Assembly (NCBI GenBank): GCA_030704615.1
Contig: CM060732.1
Coordinates: 46,934,001 to 46,998,000, forward strand
Reading direction: 5' to 3'
Source of the DNA: Takakia lepidozioides
Lineage: Eukaryota; Plantae; Bryophyta
DNA: 64,000 nucleotides
The notes beneath the pieces were generated by a model. That model was not told where the DNA came from, did no database searches, and saw nothing but the letters and a program-made list of their open reading frames with translations. Positions 27,165 to 37,561 of the stretch are shown in pieces. A program made the translations under genes and the position numbers. The stretch's first letter is position 1, and each line of letters opens with the position of its first letter.

Positions 27165-30100
27165 CGGGACGCGTCCTCTACCTCTAAGCCCACTGGACTT
27201 AAGGTTGCAGTTACGGAGGACAATTGGGAGCCTGACATTGGACCCATTGTCACCGGAGGAGAGAGACGACGTATACGGCGGTTCCTGAGGGCTTATAGGA
27301 ATTGCTTTGCCTTCAGTTTGAAGGACTTGGGAGCACTGAAGGGTCAAGAGATCCGTATTGAGTTGGCCACTGACACGCCAATCTTTCGGAGACCCTATAG
27401 ATACAGTGACATGGAGAGGTTTTGATTCAGATGAGGACTCAAGATCTCTGGGAGGCAGGTTTGGTGGAGCTCTCTGGTGGAGAGTATGCTTCAGCCACAG
27501 TGATGCCAGCTAAGAAGGATGTCTATGGCAATTGGACGGAGAGACGTATGTGCGGTGATTACCGGCCTGTAAATCGTCAGACCAAGTCCGATAGGTATGC
27601 CATGCCAACACCAGAGGAGATCTTTGATGCCATTGGGCATTCCAAGGTCTTTAGCACGTTGGATTTACGATCCGGATATCACCAGTTGCCGATCAAGGAG
27701 GCGGATAAGCAAAAGACGGCATTCTGGGGGATCAATGAGCACGGGAAGGATTGCCTATACCAGTGGCGGTTCTTACCATTTGGGCTTAAAAACGCTCCCG
27801 CTGAGTTTCAAAGAGTCATGGACAGGATTCTAGCAGGGGTGGAGTTTGCTCGGTGCTACATAGATGACATCATCATCTTTAGTGCTACGGTGGAGGAGCA
27901 TGAGAGACACCTTCAGGGGGTATTTGAGCGCTTGAGGACGCACGGATTGAAGTTACATCCGGGCAAGTGCAAGTTTTTCCACAACCAGATTGAGTATCTG
28001 GGTCACATGATATATCCTGGAGGATTGGGGGTACAGCAGACTAAGGTAGAGTCCATTGCACAGGTTCCACGCCCCACGGATGTGAGCCGAGTTCGAGCTT
28101 TCATGGGGTTAGCAAACTATTACAGACGGTTTGTTAAGGGATTTAGTGCCATTGCAAAGGCTCTAACCAAGCTGACCAAGGTGGACCAGGAGTGGCAGTG
28201 GGAAGATGAGCAAGAACAAGCTTTTCAAGAGCTCAAGGCGAGGTTGACCTCGGCGCCCATCTTGAGACGACCTATCAGGGGGCGTCCTTTTCAGCTGCAT
28301 ACAGATTGGAGCATGCTGGGGCTTGGAGCGGTGCTCACACAGGTGGATGATGAGGGAAGAGAGTTCGTAGTGGCTTATGCTAGCCGCTCGAACAATGCTG
28401 CAGAGTCTAAGTATAGCTCATATGAGGGAGAATGCTTAGCTGCAGTGTGGGCCGTGGCACACTTCAGGTGCTATTTATACGGCAATCTCTTCACCCTTGT
28501 CACGGATCACCAACCACTCAAGTGGTTGATGGAGTCAGACAAGCTTACGGGGAAGCTTGCACGGTGGGCACTCATCCTTCAAGAGTATGACTTTCAGGTG
28601 GTGCATCGACCGGGTTTGGTCAATCGAAATGCAGATGGGTTGAGTCGCAATCCATGCACGAGCCAACAGGATGACACTGGAGCTCGGTGGCATGGTGAGA
28701 CGGACGAGGAGATGGTGCCCGGATGGCATGCATCTGCATTTCTGTGTATCTTGGCAGCGGAAGGCCAGGTTGGACCTACAACAGGGATGACTGTAGATCA
28801 AGTGTCTGAGGACCCTGAGGCCAGCAATGAGCAGGGTGGCGCCAAAGATATACATGAGGATTCAGTTGTGTTGGACTACCTCCGCAGTGGAGACACGGCA
28901 GCCACTATGACTGCCAAGGAGAGGGATCGGATCCTACAACGAGCCAAGAGGTTCAGGTGGGAGGGGACACACCTGCTCCGAGTGTGGGAGGATGGTCGAG
29001 TGAGGATTGTGCCTCACCCAACACAGCGGGCACGGTTAGTGCGGCATGCCCATGAGGAGTTGGGGCATTTTGGGGTGCGACGCACTCATAGTCTACTGCA
29101 GGGGCAGTATTGGTGGCGTGGTATGCACACAGAGGTGCAACAATTTGTGGCTAGGTGCATGGTGTGTGACAGGGTGCGTGCTTCATTCAACGCCCCTACT
29201 CCACAATTGCACCCTCTTCCGATCATGGGATTGGGCTACAGGTGGAGTCTTGACTTCGCAGGGCCGTTGCCACTGACCATGCGCCACAACAAGTACGTGT
29301 TGGTGATGGTGGAGCACTTCTCCAAGTGGATTGAATTGGTTCCATTGCCTGATAAGGCTAGTGAGGGAGCTGCGTATGCATTCTTGGATTGTGTGCTTAG
29401 CCGATTCGGTGCTCCAGCTGAGGTACTCACGGACCAAGGGAGAGAGTTCTTGGGGGAGTTTCAGGCTTTGTGTGACAAGGCCTTGATAGACCACCGCACC
29501 ACTTCTCGGGATCATCCTGAGGCCGATGGCTTGGCAGAGAGAGTTGTTCAGACAGTAAAGAGGGGTTTGCGCAAGTATGGCTTGCAGAAGGGACACCTAG
29601 GAGATTGGGACCTTCAGTTACCCTGGTTAGCCATGGGCTACAGGTTCAGCAAGCAAGCATCACTTGCCTCCTTCTCACCATACTTTCTTCTCTTTGGCCG
29701 AGAGCCGGATTTGCCTACATCCATTCGCAGAGAAGCTGCTACAGTTCTTAACCTTGACGATCCGGACGTGTGGGCACGTGCATGTGAGCAGCGTGCAGAG
29801 TTGTTCAAGAGAGTCATGCCCATGGCTTTCGAGAACCTTGCCATTGCACAACACCGTGATACGTTGAGGTATGCTACCATACGTGGTGGGGGCTATCGTC
29901 CTGGGGTTCGGAGATTCAACCCTGGTGACTATGTCTATCTGCAGCAGACTGCTCCTACGACCCTGGATGTGACTGCAGGACGTGTTATTTTGAGGGTTCG
30001 AGAGGTCTTGCCCTCAGGCGTCTTGGTCTTGGAGGGTCGGGATGGCATAACTTGGAAGGACCATGTGCGTAATTGTGCGCCATGTCACCTTCCGAATGTC

Positions 30101-30292
30101 GATGGCAGGATTGACCCAAACCTGGCAGTGGTATCTGCAGGTTTGAGGTGCATGTTGTGTGGGTCTGCTAAAGGGGCAGCCACCATGCTGGTGTGTGATC
30201 GATGCTCTAGAGGTTGGCATATGGGATGCTTGACTCCACCTCTTGAGATGGTTCCGGATGGGGATTGGTTATGTCCACAATGCATTGGATAG
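27159..30292 (+). CDS. E2 Pol: RT, RNase H, DDE integrase, C-terminal PHD finger (one frameshift near 27420)
   Basis: LDLRSGYHQ, PFGLKNAP, YIDD; TDWS...GAVL, DHQPL; HEELGH...CMVC, LDFAGP, TDQGREF, AERVV; PHD at 30149-30283 (CMLC...CDRC...HMGC...WLCPQC). Confidence 0.95.
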
Positions 30293-30540
30293 TGGGAGTG
30301 GATACAACCATGGAAGGCTAACAAGCAACGCAAGGCCCAGCTACAGGAGACCTTGAATACACGAAGTCCTGGCTCAAGTTCACAGATTGCAAGACGGCGA
30401 CTAACGATGGGGCTACTCTTGTACCCGGCCTCTTGGTCTATAGAGTTTGAGTACGATAGGGACAGTGATAGAGGACTTAGTACGGCTATGGCTATTACGT
30501 CTTGTAGCTATCTGGAGGTAGAGGGACCTATCCACCAGCT

Positions 30541-30550
30541 AGGGGGGCGA
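30541..30550 (+). promoter_or_regulatory. E2 polypurine tract
   Basis: AGGGGGGCGA directly before B1; CACCAGCTAGGGGGGCGAT is shared by E2, E3 and E4. Confidence 0.85.
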
Positions 30551-30551
30551 T

Positions 30552-31074
30552 TGTGGTAGACTACTTTATTGTGCATATATGTGTGGTGTGGTTTGGACAG
30601 CGATGTAGTTGTGTAGCGATATGTATGCGCACGACAGCTGTCAAGTTAAATAAGCACAGTGTGAAAACAGCTAGCATAAAACTAGTTGTTTGTATTTAAC
30701 ACTTGGATTTAGGTCAAGTGTTAAATCAGGTGTCAAGTTTAGTTTGACACCTGGTCCGTCTTATCTTCACGAGAGCGGCAGTCGCGCGGCTCATCTCTCT
30801 CGAGATGAGCCTGCGCGACCGAGCTCTTGCATCGTTTAGGACTGAGTGTGCTTATGATGGGAGTATAGGTTGTTGTGGGGTGGAGTCCCCATAGCTTGGG
30901 GTGCCCCTGGCTCGACTTCTATTCTAAAGAGTGATGGTTTTGGTTGTCATGTTTTGTGTCAACAGTGTGTTCTTAGCTTTTCTTATCATTGTGGTAGACT
31001 ACTTTATTGTGCATATATGTGTGGTGTGGTTTGGACAGCGATGTAGTTGTGTAGCGATATGTATGCGCACGACA
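30552..31074 (+). repeat. E2 3' terminal block: B1 30552-30636, GC spacer, A2 30639-30988, T, B2 30990-31074
   Basis: B copies identical (85 bp, TG...CA); B1/A2 junction is the palindrome GACAGCTGTC. Confidence 0.95.
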
Positions 31075-31109
31075 CATTTCAAAGAAAAATAAATATTGGA
31101 GGGAAGGCA

Positions 31110-32010
31110 TTGGATGAATTTCGGCGCCGAAATCCGGCGCTAAAACCCTGAAAAGAATTTGGAGGGATGAAGTCGGCTGAATTTCGGCGCCGAAATTCAT
31201 TGCTCGCGAAGGAAAAAAAAATTTCTGGAGGACTTCGGATGAATTTCGGCGCCGAAATTCATTGCTCGCAAAGGAAAATAAAAAAATTCGGGAGGACTTC
31301 GGATGAATTTCGGCGCCGAAATTCATTGCTCGCGAAGGAAAATAAAAAATATCTCCTGGACTTGGAATGAATTTCGGCGCCGAAATTCAATGCTCGCGAA
31401 GGAAAAAAATAAAATCGGGAGGATTTTGGTTGAATTTCGGCGCCGAAATTCATTGCTCTCGAAGAAAAAGGAAAATTAAAATGGAGTACTTGGATGAGAT
31501 TCAGCGCCAAAGTTCATCTGTCGCAAAGAAAAAAAAAACAGAAAGGACTTCCGATGAATTCTGGCACCGAAATCCATCCGCAGGGCAGCAGAATTAGGGT
31601 CGGAAAAGGAGATGAAGAATGAATTTCGGCGCCGAAATACATCCATTCTGCCGAATCAGGATTACTGTCATTCGGAAGTCGGCACCGATATCCGGACACG
31701 TGGTGAATCACGACTGTAATCAGGAACACATTCATCCGTATTTTGGCATCTAAATTCAACCCATATGTGCAGATACAATTTAATGAAGAAGAAGTTCATC
31801 CGAATTTCGGCACCGAAATCCATCCGTTGGGTGTTTGGTCAGTTTAATGAGGTAAACAAATTACGATTTCTGTTGCCAGAATTCATCCCTTGGCTTCCAA
31901 AGCTGTTACATGACAGAGATGTTCATCCAGATTTCGGTGCCGAAATTCATGGGAAGGCCTGATTTATTGTACCCCAAGTGGTTGTACATTACAATTCAGG
32001 CACCAAATAT
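31110..32010. repeat. Array of palindromes GAATTTCGGCGCCGAAATTC, right part, about 65-bp period
   Basis: Near-perfect copies from 31116 to 31640 with related A-rich linkers, then decayed variants (CGGCACCG, CGGTGCCG). Confidence 0.9.
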
Positions 32011-32198
32011 CCGATGTGAACTTGCTGTTTTCGTCCGTTTTTTTAACGTACGTTACACACCTTCATCTTTACGTGCACTGATCACCCATCATGTTGGATA
32101 CGGAATCCTCCAGAAAATCATTTGTGTTATTAGGTAGGACACACTCTTCTCATTGCAGGACTTCGCTGCGGAGCGTACCGAGAGGTCCCGTCTTCAAA

Positions 32199-35100
32199 AT
32201 GGACTCCCGTGTTTGGGTCAACGTGTACTTCCATCCTGATTCTCTGAAAGCTAAAATACCCTGCGACCAAGGATTTGCGATTGTCACTGAACAGTACTTG
32301 TGTGTGAAGTTCGGGCTTCGCCCTGGAACGGTGTTTTTGGAAGAGGAGACGAAGGATGCTTATGGAAATTTTGTGGAAAGTGCCGTCATTCTGCATGCAG
32401 ATTTCGGAAAAGGCAAAGAGTGGCGGCTCCCAGCTTCTGAATCCATCCGGTACAGTGCCATTGGTGAAATCGTGCCTAAAGAGTTCCCACGCTGGAACTT
32501 GGTTGATCCTCCTTCCACAAGAGGGTCTGGCGTGCAAGATGTGAAGGATGTGGGCACCTCTTCACAAGCAGAGAAGCCCAAACATGTGAAAAGGGAAATC
32601 CAGGAAAACAGGGAAACAGTCGTCCAGGACTTATCCAGTGACGATGAAGACTGTATGGTCCTTCCATCGTATGTTTCGAAGTCGTCCGTCACTAGGAGTG
32701 TTCAGCATACACCGTCCGACTCAACTTCCGTCCGCTCAGTAATCGACATATTGCGGAGGATGAAGACAACGGGTTCCCGCTCCAGTGACCTTCTTAGGCT
32801 TGATTACGACAAAACTCCAATCCATTCTGTGGAAACTTTGCCTGATGTTGTGGATGGGAATGCTATCTACGAGTTCCCTCCAGTGCCGGCAGGCGCAGGC
32901 CCAGACGGCATGCTCGCAGGAATGAACAGGAAACATGACGGCCACCCTTGGTGTGTCACCAAAACTTCATCGTCCAACCTGGGTGATGGAGTTCGAGTGA
33001 GATATGTATTGTGTGCTGGGCATCTTAAATGTTTCTCGAGCACATGTTACCATTACACTAGCAAAGGCACCAGGAATGAGACTGACTGGATTGGCAATTC
33101 GTCGACCCCATTTTGGCCTCAAGGTAGAGTTCCTGCAGGGACGTTCAAGTGTGCCCATTGCAACGCAGCCCCTACGTGCATGGCAGTGTGCAACGCCAAG
33201 CAGTACTACATCGGGACCGTCGGCCCAGCGTGCACCAGAGCATGCCCAGGATATTATCAAGGAGGAGGTGAGGTTGAGGCCGGGTGCAAAACCAAAGCAG
33301 ATACAGCTCGCATCGGCACATAGGATTGCAATTGGCAGAATAATGTCGGAGGACGGAAGCACAAGAGAGAAGCTGGGCGAGGGGGACATGAAGGACCTGC
33401 TGGAAGCTGTCTCCCATGTGTGCAGCCCCAATGTCAGGAACCACATTGTCAGCTGCAAGAAACGAATCGGAAGAGGATCAGACATGCACTCCATCTTGGA
33501 AGTGAAGCGCACATGCGGCTACGACTTCATCCAAGGCAGCTTCTTTCCTGGTCAAGGCTCGGAGACGGACAGGTGCTTCATATTTAAGATGTCAACGTGC
33601 GGACCGGGGAGCGGCGTCGATTTGGTGAAGTGGATGACCAGTGGAGACCTCTCAAATTGTTGGGTCATGTTTGACCACATCCGGCGAATTACCAACCACG
33701 ATTGGGTGACAATGGGGGCACATGTATACGACCCACATTGCAGAAAGTTGATGACCATTGCTATCTGCGAAATGAAGGGAGAAGACACAGATTCGGAGTT
33801 GCATATGTGGCGCGGAATTAATGAGCAAATGGCGAGAGCCAAGTTGCCCCCTCCCGATTTTAGGGGCTTCATGGCTGACAATGCCCAGGCAAACTGGGCT
33901 GCAGTTAGGAGGGTATATGGGGACACCCAAAGACTCCAATGGAAGGAAAGGAGAGATCTTGCGGGTTCCACTTCATGCAGAGTTTGACGCAAAACACGAA
34001 AAGGTTCGTGGCGTCACGCCACCGGCAGGATCATATCAGTATGTGCCTAGCGTGGAAAAATGCGAATTCCATCGACGAGGCGGAGACCGAGTTTGCAACC
34101 ATACGCGCCTGGTGGGTGTCTTCAGGGGCAGTGGATGTGAAAGATCAGCCAGAACTGCAAACGTGGCTTGCGTGGTGGCATTATAGATTCTGCCAGTTTG
34201 GAGACTACATGAGACAGGTAAGACATTTCTGTACTTGACAATTGTTCTGTTTTGTGCTTGGACATTCTCCACAATCAGTGACATATCTAATTTCCATCAA
34301 CAGGACATGAGCTTGGAGGATGACACGGATATGCCGACGACGAACATGGCCGAATCGGTGCACTCTTCCTGGCGTGCTTCCTCTGCAGCACATCTCGTTG
34401 ACATGTTGACAGCAACAACAGAAGATATTGTGAGGGCCATCATGCAACAATCTCATTACTACCAGTTTCTGGGAGGAAAGCAATGGGGTATCGGACCAGA
34501 CAGGCAGGAGATGCTGATGAGGGCGGCGCATCGTTCGACCGATCCCAGAAAATGGACTGCTGCATTGCGGGAAACTATAAGGTCAACGCCGTTACACAGT
34601 CGGGGAAACTGCCTGGAGGGCGATGTCCGCAGCCGGCCGGTGAAGAGAAGAATTGAGGACATGCCCGGAGGGGATGGGGATTCATGGAGATCAGATATGA
34701 ACATCCGCACTCAACCTCGGGGCGCAACGATGTTGCGTCCCACGCCTCCACGAAGCAGGACTCGTACCCCCTCTCCTGCAGCATCCATGGAATCGCTGCC
34801 AGACTCGGGACAACATGCCGAGGATGGGCATGTTGCTCCTGTTTTCGTTACCCAATACAACATTCCAATCGTGGAGCAAGATGTGTCGGCCTCGCAGTGG
34901 AGAACTGCACGGACCCGTCCGACATTTCGTGGCAAATGTTGTGCTGTTCGTGTCGACACCAACCAGAGATGCAATGAGATGATTCGGAGGAGCCCGCAGG
35001 GCGGTGTGCCTGCCCCTTGCTTCACAGGGAGATTTGTGTGCGCAAAGTTTGTGGAGGCCACACTGAAGGAGTTTTGGTTCTGCAGGCACGACATCATGTC

Positions 35101-35730
35101 GTGTGTGTTCGGCAAGCCCAAGTATGGTGTACAAGGCATGCCTGAACCACCGGCAGTCTGGCATGTGGAAGTGGTACAGATCTTACCCTGGAGGAGCCAG
35201 ACGCTCTAGGAAGTGCAGGGTTTCGACTGGTGGAGAGGACAGACGTTCCACGAAATCCAATTCCCAATCGTCATCCTCCTCCCACGAGAAGCTCTTCGCC
35301 CCGCATACCGGTGGGTGACCCCGCAGCTTGGCCCACCCATCGGTGGGGTAAACTGAAAAGACGGCGGCCACCAACAAAGGCGAACGACACCAGGATGGCC
35401 AACGCTCTTGCAATGCCCTGCATAGTGCAAGGTTGCAGGGATGTTCCTCACCCCGGGATAGGGCGCATATTTCAGTTGTCAACAGCCGGGTCTGCTGCGC
35501 GCAGTGTCGTGTATGCAATCACGGTTTCACAGTACCCAGCTTGCAACTGTGAGGACTTCCTTGTTATGGAATCGAGGAATGCAGCATACGTCCCCTGCAA
35601 ACACCTTTATTACATTTTTATGAAGCGCATGAGTTGCATATCCGCAGTGGACGTCTTTATCCATGCTCCAACACTGAGTTTCAACGAGCTGCACAAGGCC
35701 CTACGGCAGGATACTGGTCGGACTGCTTGA
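32199..35730 (+). pseudogene. Mutator-like (MULE) DDE transposase with N-terminal Cys-rich domain and C-terminal SWIM finger; intron 34218-34303; frameshifts
   Basis: WVMFDH, GFMADNAQANWAAVRRVYG, CGFHF (CxxH), TTNMAESVHS, SWIM CNCEDF...CKHL; GT-AG intron joins MRQ/DMS in frame. Confidence 0.82.
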
Positions 35731-36186
35731 CATTCCACATTCGGGAAGGAGAAAGTGGCAATTATATTACATTCATCTTCTTGCACCCTATTTTTTTGTG
35801 AGGAATTATACACTTGGTGGTGCCGCATCGCCATGGCTACATGTGAATTTCGTCCACCTTTATGAGAAGACTCCAATTTGCTACAAATACATTGTTACTG
35901 TTCTGCAAATGTGATGCCTTTACAAGATTGCTAGTTCTGTGTCCCAGTGGGAAGGGTCCTACTGCACATTCCAGCATTTGCATACTGCACCTTGTGCAAA
36001 CAGCAATCCATACGACAAAGGACACGTCCCAGCATACTGGCAGTGAATTGCAAATAACATTAACAGAAGATTATCGAAGCATGTATATTCCCCATATGGC
36101 ACAGGGAAGCTGCTTGATTTCTGAATGAAAATGTATGTGCCATGAGTGTCAGCAAGTTGAAACATGTCTACTCTAGCATGCAAGAC

Positions 36187-36786
36187 CTATGGTCCCCTCG
36201 CCCAAGAAGAAGGAACTCGAACTGGCCTCTCAAGGACCTCCTCAGTGACCGGGTGCCTATATTTGAACAAAATGTCAGTGGTTTCTGTCGCCCGGTTGAA
36301 ACTAACGAGGATGTCGTGTTTATCGATAGCGCCCCCTTGGTAGAAGGACATTTTCACAGTGGGCCCTGTGTTCCCCTCCTCCTCATCCTCATAACTGAAG
36401 AGAATGTCCCCACTTTCCGAGCCAGTCCATCCACGCGTAAAGTTTTCACCTATGCACTCATCATACGTCCACTCGCAACAATTCCAGCGATACAACAACG
36501 CTGTGCGTGATCTGTTCGGCTCCCACACATGCGGAAAGTCCAGGTCCATGATGCGTAGGAACCACCTGCTCCCCAGCCGGGGTCCAGGAGAATCGTGCAA
36601 TCCTGGAAGAAACTCCATTGCTCTCAGCTGGACAAGTCGAGGATCGTCCCTGTAAACATCCAGGAAGACAATGATGTCGTCTGCTTTCGGGAAAATGACT
36701 CCCGTCTGGCGTCGATAGATGTGATTCGGGCACGACATGGCCTCACGACACAGCACGAACTCAAAGCAGGGAGGAGATGGGCACAA
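36187..36786 (-). CDS. Hypothetical protein convergent on the transposase (possible accessory gene)
   Basis: 199-codon ORF with globular composition, bracketed by the palindrome-derived repeats; no recognised domain. Confidence 0.4.
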   Translation of the reverse strand: MCPSPPCFEFVLCREAMSCPNHIYRRQTGVIFPKADDIIVFLDVYRDDPRLVQLRAMEFLPGLHDSPGPRLGSRWFLRIMDLDFPHVWEPNRSRTALLYRWNCCEWTYDECIGENFTRGWTGSESGDILFSYEDEEEGNTGPTVKMSFYQGGAIDKHDILVSFNRATETTDILFKYRHPVTEEVLERPVRVPSSWARGP

Positions 36787-36859
36787 CAGAGAAGAGTGAA
36801 GAGCAAAATGAGAGCAAGGCCTCCCTCACCGTAAGGCGGGTATTTGCTCTCCGACGCCC

Positions 36860-37330
36860 AATTTCGGCGCCGTTATTACATGGAGTGCGGAAGCTTCAGC
36901 CGAGAATTTTGTTTCCGCAGGTCAATTTCGGCGCCGTTATTGGTTGCAATCCCCAGCCTTCAGCCGGGTATTTGGTTTCCGGACCCAATTTCGGCGCCGT
37001 TATCGGCTGCACTCCGGTGGCTTCAGCCGAGTATTTGGTTTCTGGGGCCCATTTCGGCGCCGTTATCGCCTGCACTCCGGAGGATGCAGCCGGGTATTTG
37101 GTTGGCAGAGCCCAATTACTTTCACCGTTGTTGGCTTCACTCCCGAGCCTTCAGCCCGCTATTTCTTTTCCTGTGCCCAATTACGGCGTCGTTATACCCA
37201 ACCATCCTGCACTTCTGCAATAGTACTATCCACGGTTATAGGTCGCCATTGCGTTTTCGGAATCTGCAAACCCGGATCCTAATTCCACTTGCGTCTCTGC
37301 CTCTGGGATAATTTCGGTGCCGTTATTGCC
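36860..37330. repeat. Tandem repeats with half-palindrome core AATTTCGGCGCCGTTAT, about 63-bp period
   Basis: Copies near 36860, 36924, 36988, 37051, 37310. Confidence 0.8.
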
Positions 37331-37561
37331 CAGAATTCAGTTATTCTATGACTTGGCCTGGCGGTCCATGAGCCTGGGCTCCAAGTCATGAGCGTACACT
37401 GGTACTCATGAGCGGAGTGCTTCCAGCATGAGCGCGAAAATCTTCGATTTTTGATTATTTTATAGTTTTTGGCCCGAAATAAATCTGCCGAAATTCGAAG
37501 TGTGTTACTTTGCGGCTCATGGGTTAGCCATGCCCGCTCATGAGCTCATGGAATAGCAACC

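Larger units (their letters stand above)
18758..31074 (+). mobile_element. E2: full-length DNMT/PHD-encoding Ty3/Gypsy retroelement with split direct repeats A1-internal-B1-A2-B2
   Basis: Starts TGTCAAG, ends CACGACA; TSD CATT at 18754-18757 and 31075-31078; domain order Gag-PR-DNMT-RT-RH-IN-PHD. Confidence 0.95.

Noticed and set aside
18758-31074. Classification as a DIRS/Ngaro/PAT element because of the split repeats
   Set aside because: No tyrosine recombinase ORF recognised; aspartic protease, HHCC-DDE integrase, PPT and 4-bp TSDs are present
31110-31650. Regularly spaced palindromic repeats resembling a CRISPR array
   Set aside because: The linkers are related to each other rather than unique, there are no cas genes, and the context is eukaryotic with introns
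37340-37560. CATGAGC-rich segment with weak inverted ends, as a MITE or MULE TIR
   Set aside because: The match is short and imperfect, with no TSD and no convincing partner at the left of the MULE region
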